From Spirochaetia bacterium (GTDB taxonomy: Bacteria; Spirochaetota; Spirochaetia; SZUA-6; Bin103), in the NCBI GenBank assembly GCA_965208575.1, contig CBDBOV010000004.1:960001-1024000 (forward strand): 64,000 bases of DNA, in the 5' to 3' direction. A model generated the notes under the pieces. The model was not told the DNA's origin and searched no databases. It was given only the letters and a program-made list of their open reading frames with translations. Shown here in pieces: positions 10,425 through 21,059 of this stretch. The position numbers were made by a program, and so were the translations under genes. Numbering within the stretch: position 1 is the first letter of the stretch; every line of letters begins with the position of its first letter.

Positions 10425-11801
10425 TCAGGCGCTCCGCAGGCAGGCGGCGATGCGCTCGGCGCCGGTACGCAGGTCCTCGACGCCCACCCGCGAGTAGGCC
10501 AGGCGCAGGTACTCCGCGTCCGGTGCCGGCCCCTCCGCCGGAAAGAACCCGCGCCCGACCGGAAACACCACGCCGCGCGCGAGCGCACGCTCCTGTACTT
10601 CCTGCGCCTTGAGCGGCCCGGTCAGGCGCAGCCAGAGAAAGAACCCGCCCGCCGGCTCGGTGAACTGCACCACTTCGCCACACAGGTCGCGCAACGCGCC
10701 GGCAAGCGTCCGCATCTTGGTCCGGTACACGGTCCGCATCCGCGCCACGTGGGACTCCAGTTCGCCGGACACCATGAATTCGTACAGCATGCGGTGCTGC
10801 AGCGGGCTGTTGCCCATGTCGAAGCGCGCCGGCATCAGCAGGCGCAACAGTTCCGGGCGCGCCTGCAGCCAGCCGACCCGCAGGCCGGGCGCGATCACCT
10901 TGGAGAAGGTGCCGGCGGTGATCACGAAGTGTCCCTCGGCCAGCGCGCCGAGCGTCGGGAGCAGTTCGTCGCCGAAGTACAACTCGTTGTAGGCGGTGTC
11001 CTCCAGCAGCAGGACGCCGTGGCGGGCGGCCACCTCCAGCAGGTTGCGGCGGCGCGCGACCGGCATCGTGACCCCGGTGGGATTGTGGAAGGTGGGCGAC
11101 ACGTACACCATCTTCGCCGGAGTGCCGGCCGCGGCGAGCCGTGCCAGCGTGTCGTCGAGCCGGTCGACGCACATGCCATGCGCGTCCATCGGCACGCCGA
11201 CCAACCGTGCGCCGTGGCCGCGGATGGTGCGCAGGGAGCCGGAGAATGCCGGCACCTCGGTCACCACCACGTCGTCCGGATCGAGCAGCGCGGAGCAGGC
11301 GAGGTCGATGGCGCCGGCGGCGCCGTTGGCGAGCACGAAGTGATCGGCGCCGATCGCCGGCTCCCGGTCGCGGGCGAAGAACCGCGCCACCTCTTCCCGC
11401 AGTGGTTCATGGCCAAGCGGCCCGCCGTAGGAGAGCGCCGCCGCCCCGCGCTGCGCACCAGTATCGAGCGCCGGCGCACCGTTCGGGTCGCACGCGCACT
11501 CCGCCGGAGCGGTGCCGCTCGCCGATACCCCGTTGCCGGACGGCTCGGCCATGAGGGTGTCCTCGGCGTCGAGCCCGAGCGCGCGGGCGGTCGCCGCCAG
11601 CAGCCCGCGCCGCGGCAGCGTGGCGTCGTCGGGGATGCCGCCGGCCAGCGAAATCGGCGGCACCTCCGGGTCGGGCTGCCGCGATGAGAGCCCCCAATCG
11701 GTGACCGACCCCGCGCTCAGCTTGCGCACCCGCCGCGATACCAGCGCACGCAAATCGCGCGCCTCCCACCGTTCCGTCAAGACCTGTCCTGTAGCGCTCA
11801 C
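10425..11801 (-). CDS. PLP-dependent class I/II aminotransferase (2-aminoadipate transaminase/MocR-like, no HTH)
   Basis: ISLAGGIP, PTFHNPTG, LEDTAY, GTFSKVIAPGLRVGW, PAGGFFLW, LRLAYS; start uncertain. Confidence 0.88.
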   Translation of the reverse strand: MSATGQVLTERWEARDLRALVSRRVRKLSAGSVTDWGLSSRQPDPEVPPISLAGGIPDDATLPRRGLLAATARALGLDAEDTLMAEPSGNGVSASGTAPAECACDPNGAPALDTGAQRGAAALSYGGPLGHEPLREEVARFFARDREPAIGADHFVLANGAAGAIDLACSALLDPDDVVVTEVPAFSGSLRTIRGHGARLVGVPMDAHGMCVDRLDDTLARLAAAGTPAKMVYVSPTFHNPTGVTMPVARRRNLLEVAARHGVLLLEDTAYNELYFGDELLPTLGALAEGHFVITAGTFSKVIAPGLRVGWLQARPELLRLLMPARFDMGNSPLQHRMLYEFMVSGELESHVARMRTVYRTKMRTLAGALRDLCGEVVQFTEPAGGFFLWLRLTGPLKAQEVQERALARGVVFPVGRGFFPAEGPAPDAEYLRLAYSRVGVEDLRTGAERIAACLRSA

Positions 11802-12003
11802 GCTCCCAATGTAATTCGCTCCACACCACCGGTCACGCTCCACGCTCCATCGTGCGCAGTCCGGCAGCGTGGCGCACTCAGGTCGGCCGTGCGCCCTTGC
11901 ACGACAAGGCCTCCACCTCCACCCGCCTCCCGACCGTGGCCGGGTGGGACACCGGAGCCCCGCCCGCTTGCGGCGCGCGCCGACATGCGGTGTACTGCGC
12001 GGC

Positions 12004-13398
12004 ATGATCCGCGCTCTCACCCGCCTGATGACCGGTCCACCGGTCAGGGCAGGCGTGATCGGTACCGGTCACTACGCCACCGCCATCGTGTGCCAGTCGC
12101 GCTCGATACCGCAGCTCGAAGTCTCGGTGGTAGCCGATGTCGACATCGAACAGGGGCGGCGCGCCTATCGCCTGGCCGGCGTCGACGACCGGCGCATCGT
12201 GGTGTGTGACCGCCGCGCCGCCGCGCTGGCCGCCATCGAGCGCGGCGACAGCGTCGTGCTCCCGGATGCGGAGCTGATGATGGACCTGCCGCTCGCCCTC
12301 GTGGTGGAGGCGACCGGGCAGGCGGAGGCGGGCGCGCGCCACGCCGCGGCGGCGATCGCGCACGGCAAGCACGTCGCCATGGTCAACAAGGAAGCGGACG
12401 TCAGCGTCGGACCGATCCTCAAGCACCGAGCCGACCGCGCCGGGGTGGTGTACAGCGCCGTGGACGGCGACCAGCACGGCCTGCTGATCGGCCTGGTGGA
12501 CTGGGCGCGCACCCTCGGCCTGCGCGTGATCTCCGGCGGCAAGGCGGGCGACCGCGATCACATCTTTGACCCCGTGCTGCGGATGGTCGCGCACTCCGGC
12601 GGCCGGTTCCAGGTCGATCTCGATGGCGAGCAGGCCGCCGCGTTCGCACCGATCGACGCGCAGGATGCGGGCGTCACGGTCGCCGCGCGGCGCCGCTCCC
12701 TGCGCCACGTTTCCGGCATCGGCGGCTGGGACGTGGGCGAGATGGCGATTGCCGCCAACGCCACCGGCCTGCTGCCCGACGTGCCCGAGCTGCACGCGCC
12801 GATCACGCGCATCGCCGAGATCCCCGCGGTATTGTGCAGCCGCGCGGAGGGCGGCATTCTGAACCGCGACGGGGCCATCGAGTCGGTGATCTGCCTGCGC
12901 CAGCCGCACGAGGCAGGCCTCGGCGGCGGCGTGTTCGTGGTGGTAGACAGCGCCAGCGACTACGCGCGCCGCATCATGGTGAGCAAGGGGCTGATCGGCA
13001 ACCGCCGCGGCTCGGCGGCGCTCGTCTACCGCCCGCACCACCTGTGCGGCGTGGAGACCCCGCTCACCATGCTGTGCGCCGCACTGCTCGGCGCGCCGAC
13101 CGGCGCCGGCGAACTGCTGCCGCGCGTGGACGTGGTGGCGCATGCCGCCGAGGATCTCGCGAAGGGAGAAGTGTTGCCCGGCGACCACAGTCCGCGCCTC
13201 AAGTTCCTGATGACCCGGGCCGCGCCGCTGGACGCCGGCGCCCCGCTCCCGTTCCACCTGGCCAGCGGCAATCGCCTGGCGTGCGATGTGGCCATCGGCA
13301 CGCCCCTCACCGCCGCCACTGTTGAGGAGCCGCCGCACTCGACGCTGTGGGAATTGCGCCGGGAGCAGGACGCCCACTTTCTGAACAGCGACCGCTGA
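12004..13398 (+). CDS. Homoserine-dehydrogenase-like NAD(P) oxidoreductase with C-terminal SAF domain
   Basis: GVIGTGHY, VEATG, HVAMVNKEADVSVGP, VDGDQHG, ANATGL, YRPHHLCGVE, SAF-like tail. Confidence 0.82.
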   Translation: MIRALTRLMTGPPVRAGVIGTGHYATAIVCQSRSIPQLEVSVVADVDIEQGRRAYRLAGVDDRRIVVCDRRAAALAAIERGDSVVLPDAELMMDLPLALVVEATGQAEAGARHAAAAIAHGKHVAMVNKEADVSVGPILKHRADRAGVVYSAVDGDQHGLLIGLVDWARTLGLRVISGGKAGDRDHIFDPVLRMVAHSGGRFQVDLDGEQAAAFAPIDAQDAGVTVAARRRSLRHVSGIGGWDVGEMAIAANATGLLPDVPELHAPITRIAEIPAVLCSRAEGGILNRDGAIESVICLRQPHEAGLGGGVFVVVDSASDYARRIMVSKGLIGNRRGSAALVYRPHHLCGVETPLTMLCAALLGAPTGAGELLPRVDVVAHAAEDLAKGEVLPGDHSPRLKFLMTRAAPLDAGAPLPFHLASGNRLACDVAIGTPLTAATVEEPPHSTLWELRREQDAHFLNSDR

Positions 13399-13529
13399 CG
13401 CGCCGTGACCGCCGCCGCGGCACCTCCCGGAACCCGCGCCGCCCGCCGGTCCGGTCGGATGCGGTGTGCCGCCAACCGGCATCCCACGCTCTGCCGCTGA
13501 GCGCGCTCAAGCGACTGCCGCCGCACTCA

Positions 13530-13620
13530 TGAGTCGGCACGGTCACTCCGTGACATGGACGACGTTGAACCGATACCCGAGCATCGCTCGGCTGCCGGCT
13601 CTTCGGACCAGGGCACCGGT
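13530..13620 (+). repeat. Dispersed ~85-90 bp repeat, copy 2
   Basis: TGAGTCGGCACGGTCACTCCGTGACATGGACGACGTTGAA...GCCGGCTCTTCGGACCAGGGCA; 21-nt identical core ACGGTCACTCCGTGACATGGA. Confidence 0.8.
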
Positions 13621-13827
13621 GGGCGCCGCGTGACAGCGCACAACGTGGCTGCGCGTGGCTACTGCGACTACCCTTGCACGTGAGACCGTAGCGAGATCGG
13701 TCTTGGCGATGAGCTGTGACACACCTGCGCACCCCGGCCCGGTCGAGTGCAGCCGCCGGCCCCGTCCGGGTGACAACGCTGCGGGGACCTTCGACAGCCG
13801 CGGCCGCGGAGGACCGTCTCGCTTTGG

Positions 13828-15117
13828 CTATGGCGCATGCTCCCGCAGGCGGGTTGCCAAGTCGGACACCGCGCCGGCATCCGCGGCCGGGTGCCGTTCC
13901 TGGGTGCGGCGTCGGAGGTCCTTGACCATCACGGCGGCGGCCGCCGCCTCGTCGGGGCCGATGATCAGCGCGTAGCGAGCGCCGACCCGGTCGGCGTGCT
14001 TCAGTTGGCGGTCCAGGCGCTGATTCGGGTCCAGGCACAACTCTACGGCGACCCCGCGCGCGCGCAGTGCCTCGGCCAGGCGCCCCGAGGCCGCCTGCAG
14101 ACCGCCGTCGAACACCGTGACGACCGCCGTCGGGCCACTCGCCGCCGGCACCGGAACGCGGTCGAGCGCGCGCAGCAACTCCAGCAGCGCCAGGTCGCCA
14201 ACCGCCATGCCGACGCCGGGAATGCGCTGCTTGCCGCCCACCTGACGGGTCAGGTCGTCGTAGCGGCCGCCGCCGAAAATCGCGCGCCGCAGATCGCCGG
14301 TGGCCCACGCCTCGAACACCGTGCCGGTGTAGTAGTCGAAGCCGCGCGCAATGGCGCGGTCGATGCTCGCGTACTCGTCATGGCCGCCGATGGCGAGCTG
14401 CTCCATGATGGTCGCCAGCCGTGCCGGGGGCTCGGTCACTGGCGAGCCGACGAACGCCACCAGCTCGCCGGCCTGCCCTTCGCCCAGGCCCAGTTCGACC
14501 AGTTGGCCTTGCGCGCGCTCATCGCCCACTTTGTCCAGACGGTCGATCACGGCGAACACCCCGCGCACCTGTTCCGCGGCGACGCCGAGCGTCCCGGTGA
14601 GCTCGGCCTCCATGGCGGCGCGGTCGTTGATCCTGATCTGCACCTCGGCCGGGCCGAGCCCAAGCGCCCTGAACAGCGCGCAGGCCACCTGGATCACCTC
14701 GGCGTCGGCGACCGCGCTCTCGCTGCCGAGCAGGTCCACGTTCCACTGGAAGAAGGAGCGGCCGCGGCCGCGCTGCGGGCGCTCGTAGCGGAAGAACTGT
14801 CCGAACGACTGCCAGCGCGCCGGCAGGGCGATCTCCCGCTCCCGCGCCGCGATCATGCGCGCGAGGGTGGGCGTCAGCTCAGGGCGCAGCAGCAGCGCCT
14901 TGCCGTCGCGGTCCTGGATCCGGAACGTCTGCTTGGTAATGATCTCTTCGCTGCTCTTGCCGAGATACAGGTCGAGGTACTCGACCGCGGGCCCCTCGTA
15001 CTCCCGGTAGCCGTAACCGCGGCCGGCGGCCAGCATGATCTCGCGCAGGGCGATCTGCTGCGCCCAGTCATCCGGGTAAAAGTCCTGCGTCCCCTTGACG
15101 CGCGCTACAGGAGGCAT
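13828..15117 (-). CDS. hisS: Histidine--tRNA ligase
   Basis: KGTQDFYP, LRPELTP, FRYERPQRGR, ARGFDYYTG, GGGRYD, anticodon domain QLKHADRVGA. Confidence 0.96.
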   Translation of the reverse strand: MPPVARVKGTQDFYPDDWAQQIALREIMLAAGRGYGYREYEGPAVEYLDLYLGKSSEEIITKQTFRIQDRDGKALLLRPELTPTLARMIAAREREIALPARWQSFGQFFRYERPQRGRGRSFFQWNVDLLGSESAVADAEVIQVACALFRALGLGPAEVQIRINDRAAMEAELTGTLGVAAEQVRGVFAVIDRLDKVGDERAQGQLVELGLGEGQAGELVAFVGSPVTEPPARLATIMEQLAIGGHDEYASIDRAIARGFDYYTGTVFEAWATGDLRRAIFGGGRYDDLTRQVGGKQRIPGVGMAVGDLALLELLRALDRVPVPAASGPTAVVTVFDGGLQAASGRLAEALRARGVAVELCLDPNQRLDRQLKHADRVGARYALIIGPDEAAAAAVMVKDLRRRTQERHPAADAGAVSDLATRLREHAP

Positions 15118-15169
15118 AGGCCGTAATATAGCAACAGCGGACACCCCGGCGCGTCAGACGCCTGCGGAA

Positions 15170-16060
15170 TCACTCGTTCAACGCGTCGGATATCCGCCTT
15201 CCAACCTCCGGGTCTTCGAACATGGATGTGTGGCTGCCATCCTGAACGGCGACCACCGTGCTGCCCGCCGACTCCAGGAACGTGACCTCGTCGTCGGTCA
15301 GCCGTCCCACGTTGATGTCTTTGGTTCCGTAGACGTAGATGACCCGCTGCAGGTCTTCGCCGCGTAGCAGTTCCGTGTAGCGATCGTATCCGGTCGCCCC
15401 GGCGATGCGCATCTCCATCAGTTCACGGGCGGTCTTGGGGGGAAACAACGGATGATCCTGTCCGGGAACCTCCGTCGGCGTCACGGCGTCCGGGAAGAAA
15501 TATTCCGTCCCCGTCAGAAATCCGCTGACCACCTCTTCCTGCATGTCCAGGCGGCCCGCCATCAGCAGGTACCGATCGGCCGCGTCCGGGCCTCTGAGCG
15601 CCAGATAGCGTGCTAACAGGAACGCGCCGTAGGAGTGCCCGATCACCACGACGCGCTTGTCCTGAGCCTTGAAGTGCTTGATCGTGCGGTCCAGGATCTC
15701 GACGCTTACGTCCACCTCCGCCTGCAAGTCCGCAAGCGGCCACTCGCCGTCTCGCTCGGCCAGGTCGTGATTGAGGGTAAGGGTCTGATGGACCTGAACG
15801 AACTGTACGTCCTCTCGCCCCGGGTAGAAGGTGAAGGAATCGTACGCCGACGGATCGAACTCATGGATGGGGCCACCCTGTTCGAAGATCCACACGGTAT
15901 CGGACTCGACGTTGTTGAGCGTCCTGAACAGCTCGGTGACGTCGGCGGGAATCGGCGTCGGCTGGTATGGCACGAAGCCCCGGCCACAACCGGTGACGAG
16001 AGCCCCTGCAAGCAGGAGAGTGGTCAGCGCAAGGCGCGAGCGGTGGTTCCTGATCGGCAT
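15170..16060 (-). CDS. Alpha/beta-hydrolase lipoprotein
   Basis: Lipobox LVTGC, QGGP, GHSYG nucleophile, YGTKD..VG, GSH. Confidence 0.78.
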   Translation of the reverse strand: MPIRNHRSRLALTTLLLAGALVTGCGRGFVPYQPTPIPADVTELFRTLNNVESDTVWIFEQGGPIHEFDPSAYDSFTFYPGREDVQFVQVHQTLTLNHDLAERDGEWPLADLQAEVDVSVEILDRTIKHFKAQDKRVVVIGHSYGAFLLARYLALRGPDAADRYLLMAGRLDMQEEVVSGFLTGTEYFFPDAVTPTEVPGQDHPLFPPKTARELMEMRIAGATGYDRYTELLRGEDLQRVIYVYGTKDINVGRLTDDEVTFLESAGSTVVAVQDGSHTSMFEDPEVGRRISDALNE

Positions 16061-16223
16061 GTTTCTACCCTCCCTTCGAGGTCGTCCAAGAAGTGAACGT
16101 ATCCATTGTACGACGGAGACGTATCCATTGTATCGCCCTGGCGCCGCGGGAACTTGATCGGCGTTCGCCGGGCGACTCGGGGGCCGGGCGCGTCGTATAG
16201 TTGCGGCCGAGGCAGGAGGTTCC

Positions 16224-17219
16224 ATGGCATTCACCGTTTGCGTTACTACCGAGTACGACCGCGAGGTGATTGCGCCCGCGCTGGCGCAGTTGCCGCCGGA
16301 GGTGCGGGTCACGTTTGGGCCGGAGGTGGGGCGCGACCTGACTCGCGGCGAGGTCCTGACGGCGGCCGCGGATGCCGGCGCCGTGATCGCGAGCAGTGAG
16401 GCGTACGACGCCGACCTGTTCCGGGCGCTGCCGGGGTTGCGCATGGTGACCCGCGACGGCGTCGGCTACAACGCGGTCGACCTGGAGGCGGCCACCGAGC
16501 ACGGCGTGCTGGTGACCAACGCGCCGGTGATGCACGTCGCCACCGCCAACTTCGCCATGGGGCTGATCACCGCTCTGGTACGGCGCATCGTGGTGGCGGA
16601 CCGCGAAACCCGCAACCGCGGCTGGACGCGCCGCGAGCTGTTCCTGGCGCCGGGCCTGGACGCCATGACCCTCGGCATCGTGGGCTACGGCAACATCGGT
16701 CGCGGCGTGGCGCAGCGGGCGCTTGCGCACGGCATGCGGGTGCTGGCGTTCAGCCGCGGCCTGACCGCCGCCCAGGCGCAGCGCGACGGGGTGACGCTGA
16801 CGCCGGTCGACCAGATCCTGGCTGCCAGCGACGTGGTGAGCCTGCACGTGCCACTGACCGACCACACCACCGGCCTCGTCGGGGCAGCGGAACTGGCCAG
16901 CATGAAGCCGGGCGGCTACCTGGTCAACACCAGCCGCGGCGCGGTAGTGGACGAGGCGGCGCTGATCGAAGCGCTGCGTTCCGGTCACCTGGCCGGCGCC
17001 GCCCTGGACGTGTTCGAGGAGGAGCCGGTGGCCGACGACAACCCGCTGCTGACCATGGAGAACACCATCGTCAGCCCGCACATCGGCAGCGACACCACCG
17101 TGGCCACCCACGGCGCCGTGCAGATGTGCGTGGCCAACATCACCGCCTACCTGCAGGGCGCCCGGCCGCCCAACCTGCTCAACCCGGAGGTGCTCAACCG
17201 CATCGAGCTGCCCGGCTGA
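16224..17219 (+). CDS. D-isomer 2-hydroxyacid dehydrogenase (phosphoglycerate dehydrogenase-like)
   Basis: GVGYNAVD, GYGNIG, SDVVSLHVPL, NTSRG, LDVFEEEP, SPHIG; AGGAGG SD. Confidence 0.92.
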   Translation: MAFTVCVTTEYDREVIAPALAQLPPEVRVTFGPEVGRDLTRGEVLTAAADAGAVIASSEAYDADLFRALPGLRMVTRDGVGYNAVDLEAATEHGVLVTNAPVMHVATANFAMGLITALVRRIVVADRETRNRGWTRRELFLAPGLDAMTLGIVGYGNIGRGVAQRALAHGMRVLAFSRGLTAAQAQRDGVTLTPVDQILAASDVVSLHVPLTDHTTGLVGAAELASMKPGGYLVNTSRGAVVDEAALIEALRSGHLAGAALDVFEEEPVADDNPLLTMENTIVSPHIGSDTTVATHGAVQMCVANITAYLQGARPPNLLNPEVLNRIELPG

Positions 17220-17507
17220 GCCGCTCCTGCCAACCGGTGGAGCAACGGACGGCGCATGCGCGTCAACTCACCGGCCGCCGGGAGCGCCGGCGAGGCCCGC
17301 GCCTGGTGCAGGCGGGGTGCGACACCCGAGGCGCGCTGCCGCAAGCCGCCGTGCGCGTCCCCGCACCGCCGCCGGCGCGCGGCGCACGCCCGCCCTTGGA
17401 GACAGCCGGATGTCGTCCGGGTCCGCCGGCAGCGCGGCGCGGCCCGGCAAGGCCCGACAGCGGGGCGGGTGCAGCGGGACGCCATTCATGCTACCTTCGC
17501 CGCCGTC

Positions 17508-17894
17508 ATGGCCAACCAAATCAGCGACGCTCCACGGGGCGTGACCAAGCAGAGTGCCGACGTTCCTTGCCAGCCGGTCGCGGCCGGCACCGCCACCGAG
17601 ACGCACGTGCTGATCGGTCCGGACGACGGCGCGCCCAACTTCGCGCTGCGCCGCTTCGTGATGGGCGCCGGCGGCGGCATGCCGCGCCATACCAACGCCG
17701 TGGAGCACGAGCAGTTCGTGCTGACCGGCGCGGCCCGGGTCACCATCGGCGACACCGTGCACGACGTGTGCGCCGGCACAGCGCTGTACATTCCCGCCGA
17801 GGTGCCGCACTCCTACGAGGTGACCGAGGCGCCGTTCGAGTTTCTGTGCATCGTCCCCAACCGCGAGGACTGCATTACCCTGGTCGAAGGGTGA
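17508..17894 (+). CDS. Cupin-domain protein
   Basis: GAPNFALRRF, PRHTNAVEHEQFVLTG, IPAEVPHSY, FLCIVP. Confidence 0.88.
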   Translation: MANQISDAPRGVTKQSADVPCQPVAAGTATETHVLIGPDDGAPNFALRRFVMGAGGGMPRHTNAVEHEQFVLTGAARVTIGDTVHDVCAGTALYIPAEVPHSYEVTEAPFEFLCIVPNREDCITLVEG

Positions 17895-17898
17895 GGCG

Positions 17899-19350
17899 GT
17901 GACCATGCCTGCCGATGCCGCCGATCCCCCGCCGGCGAGCGGCAGCGAGTTGTGCTACCTGCCGGCGCTGGATCTGCGCGACCGCTACCGGCGCGGTGAG
18001 CTGTCCCCGGTGGAGGTGACGGCGGCGGTCCTGGATCGCATCGACGCGCTGCAGCCGCGCCTGAACGCCTTCGTCACCGTGACCCGCGACCGCGCCCTCG
18101 AGCAGGCGCAGGCCGCGGAACGCGCCTACCGCGACGGCAGCGCCGGGCCGCTCGCCGGCATCCCGCTGTCGTTGAAAGACCTCGTTCCCACCCGCGGTGT
18201 GCGCACCACCATGGGCTCCCTGCTGCAGCAGGACTGGGTGCCCGACTTCGACGCGCCGGTGGTGGAACGGCTGCTCGGCGCAGGCGGTGTCCTGCTCGGC
18301 AAGACCAATACGCCCGAATACGGCTGGAAGGGCGAGACCAGCAACCGGGTGAGCGGCACCACTCACAACCCGTGGCGCCACGGCCGCACCCCCGGCGGTT
18401 CCTCCGGCGGCGCGGCGGCCGCGGTTGCCGCCGGACTCGGGCCGCTCGCCCAGGGCTCGGACGGCGCCGGGTCGATCCGCATCCCGTCCTCGTTCAGCGG
18501 CATCTTCGGCATCAAACCGTCGTTCGGGCTGGTACCGCAGTACCCGGCCAGCGCCGTGGAGCTGCTGTCGCACGTCGGGCCGATGACGCGCACGGTGCGG
18601 GACGCCGCGCTGATGCTCGGGGTCATGGCGGGCGCCGATCCGCGCGACCCGCACTCCTGGTCGCGGCCGTGCGACTACCTGGCGCTGCTGCAGGAGGAGC
18701 CCGAGCGGCCCGCCGGGCCGGTGCGCGTCGCCTGGTCGCCCGACCTCGGGACGGCCACCGTCGACCCCGAAGTGGCGCGCCTCACCGCGGCGGCCGCGCA
18801 GCGCTTTGGCGAGTTGGGTTACGACGTGGAAGAGGCGAGCCCCGACGTTGCCGATCCGTGGGAGTTGATCAACGTGATGTGGTGCGTCGGCGAGGCCGGC
18901 GTGCACGGCGCCCTGTTCCCGGAGGTGCGCGACGACCTCGATCCCGGCCTGGCCGCGATCATCGACACCGCGCACACCTACCGCGCCCTGAACGTGGCGG
19001 CCGCGTTGCGCGCGCGGCTCGACTACTACCACGGCATGCGCGCCTTCATGGAGCGCTACGACCTGCTGCTGACACCGACCATGCCGCTGCCCGCCTTTGC
19101 CGCCGGGCTGGACCAGCCGGACCGGATCGGCGAGCAGGTGCTGGACGCCGGGCTGAGCTGGACGCCGTTCACCTACCCGTTCAACCTGACCGGCCAGCCC
19201 GCCGCCACCGTGCCGTGCGGATTCACCGGCGACGGGCTGCCTGTGGGCCTGCAGATCGTCGGCCGCCGCCACTCCGACAGCACGGTGCTGGCCGCAGCGG
19301 CCGCGTTCGAGGCGGCCCATCCCTGGGCCCACCACCGTCCGCGGCTGTAG
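17899..19350 (+). CDS. Amidase-signature family amidase
   Basis: SLKD, GKTNTPE, PGGSSGGAAAAVAAG, GSDGAGSIRIP, TYPFNLTGQPA. Confidence 0.94.
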   Translation: MTMPADAADPPPASGSELCYLPALDLRDRYRRGELSPVEVTAAVLDRIDALQPRLNAFVTVTRDRALEQAQAAERAYRDGSAGPLAGIPLSLKDLVPTRGVRTTMGSLLQQDWVPDFDAPVVERLLGAGGVLLGKTNTPEYGWKGETSNRVSGTTHNPWRHGRTPGGSSGGAAAAVAAGLGPLAQGSDGAGSIRIPSSFSGIFGIKPSFGLVPQYPASAVELLSHVGPMTRTVRDAALMLGVMAGADPRDPHSWSRPCDYLALLQEEPERPAGPVRVAWSPDLGTATVDPEVARLTAAAAQRFGELGYDVEEASPDVADPWELINVMWCVGEAGVHGALFPEVRDDLDPGLAAIIDTAHTYRALNVAAALRARLDYYHGMRAFMERYDLLLTPTMPLPAFAAGLDQPDRIGEQVLDAGLSWTPFTYPFNLTGQPAATVPCGFTGDGLPVGLQIVGRRHSDSTVLAAAAAFEAAHPWAHHRPRL

Positions 19351-19565
19351 AAGATCCGGCGGCGAAGCCATCCGCGACCCGCTCCCGCGGGGCCGCCGCC
19401 GCGTGCAGGCGTCCGTTGGTGCGCCGCCGGCGCCCTTGACGGTCCGCGTCGGCGGCGCTTCGGGGCGGCCCGAGACACAATCCCACGCCTCCGCGTAGCG
19501 TGCGCCGCGGGGCCGGCCCCCGTCGGCGGTGTTGCGCCGCCCGGCGAACGGGTAGTATCGAGGCC

Positions 19566-21053
19566 ATGGCAAAGCGTCCCCACGTACTGCTGATCGTCAC
19601 CGACCACTGGCCGGCGGCCCTGCTCGGCTGCGCCGGACATCCGGCGATCCAGACCCCGACCCTCGACGCGCTCGCGTCCAGCGGCTCTCGCTACACCAAC
19701 GCCTACTCCGAGTGTCCGGTGTGCATTCCCGCCCGGCGCACGCTGATGACCGGCACCAGCCCGCGCACCCACGGCGACCGCGTATTCGCCGAACGCATGC
19801 CGATGCCCGATCTGCCCACCCTTGCCGGCACGTTCCGCGCCGCCGGCTACCAGGCCAACGCGGTCGGCAAGCTGCACGTCTACCCGCAGCGCAACCGCAT
19901 CGGCTTCGACGACGTCATCCTCGACGAGGAAGGCCGCACTCAGTACGGCGTAACCGACGACTACGAACTGTTCCTCGGCGACGAGGGTTTTCCCGGCCAG
20001 CAGTTCGGCCACGGCATGGGCAACAACCGCTACGTCAGCCGGCCGTGGCACCTGCCGGAGCACACCCACGCCACCAACTGGGCCACGGCGGCGATGGTAC
20101 GCACCATCAAGCGGCGCGATCCCACCAAGCCCGCGTTCTGGTACCTCTCGTACCGCCACCCGCATCCGCCGCTGGTGCCGCTGGCCGCCTACCTCGACCA
20201 GTACCGCGAGCCGGTCGACGAGCCCTGCCACGGGAGCTGGGCGCGGGACACCGCCGCCATGCCGCTGCGCCTGCGCGCGGTGCGGGAGCGCACCGCGTAC
20301 CTGGCGACGCCGGCCCAGGTCGACGCCGCCCGCCGCGCCTTCTACGCCCTGTGCACGCACATCGACCACCAGCTCAGCGTCGTGATCGGCACCCTGCGCG
20401 AGGAGGCGCTACTTGACGACACCATCATCTGCTTCACCTCCGACCACGGCGACATGCTCGGCAACCACGGCCTGTGGGCCAAGCAGTTGTTCTACGAGTA
20501 TTCGGCCAACGTGCCGTTCCTGCTGATCGGCGCGGACAGCGCGAACAGCCGCATCGAGCCGGGCGTCGATCACCGCCTCGTCGGGCTCGCGGACGTGATG
20601 CCGACCCTGCTGGAACTGGCCGACGTGGAGGTGCCCGAGACCGTGGAGGGCCACTCGGTGGTCACCGCAGACCCGCGCCCCTGGCTCTACGGGGAGATGA
20701 GCGACGACATCTACGCCAGCCGCATGCTGCACGACGGGCGCCACAAGCTGATCTACTACCCGGCGGGCAACTGCAGCCAGCTCTTCGACCTGCACGCCGA
20801 CCCGCTCGAGTTGACCGACCTGGCCGAAGTCCCGCGGTCGGCCGCCGTTCGCCGGCGCCTGCAGGCGTGCCTGGTGGAGCAGCTCTACGGCAACGACCTG
20901 GCGTGGGTGCGCGACGGCGAGCTGATCGGCGTGCCCGACCGCACCTACCGCCCCGGCGGCAACAAGGACCTCGGCAGCCAGCGCGGCGGCCACTGGCCGC
21001 CGCCGCCGCGCACCGACATGCAGCAGATTCGCTGGCTCACCGGCTCCACCTGA
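19566..21053 (+). CDS. Formylglycine-dependent sulfatase
   Basis: CPVCIPARRTLMTG (CxPxR), GKLH, PHPP, TSDHGDMLG. Confidence 0.93.
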   Translation: MAKRPHVLLIVTDHWPAALLGCAGHPAIQTPTLDALASSGSRYTNAYSECPVCIPARRTLMTGTSPRTHGDRVFAERMPMPDLPTLAGTFRAAGYQANAVGKLHVYPQRNRIGFDDVILDEEGRTQYGVTDDYELFLGDEGFPGQQFGHGMGNNRYVSRPWHLPEHTHATNWATAAMVRTIKRRDPTKPAFWYLSYRHPHPPLVPLAAYLDQYREPVDEPCHGSWARDTAAMPLRLRAVRERTAYLATPAQVDAARRAFYALCTHIDHQLSVVIGTLREEALLDDTIICFTSDHGDMLGNHGLWAKQLFYEYSANVPFLLIGADSANSRIEPGVDHRLVGLADVMPTLLELADVEVPETVEGHSVVTADPRPWLYGEMSDDIYASRMLHDGRHKLIYYPAGNCSQLFDLHADPLELTDLAEVPRSAAVRRRLQACLVEQLYGNDLAWVRDGELIGVPDRTYRPGGNKDLGSQRGGHWPPPPRTDMQQIRWLTGST

Positions 21054-21059
21054 TTCGGA

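Noticed and set aside
9901-13620. CRISPR array or integron attC sites from the GTCACTCCGTGAC repeat
   Set aside because: Only two copies 3.6 kb apart, no regular spacers, no cas or integrase gene, no RYYYAAC/GTTRRRY ends
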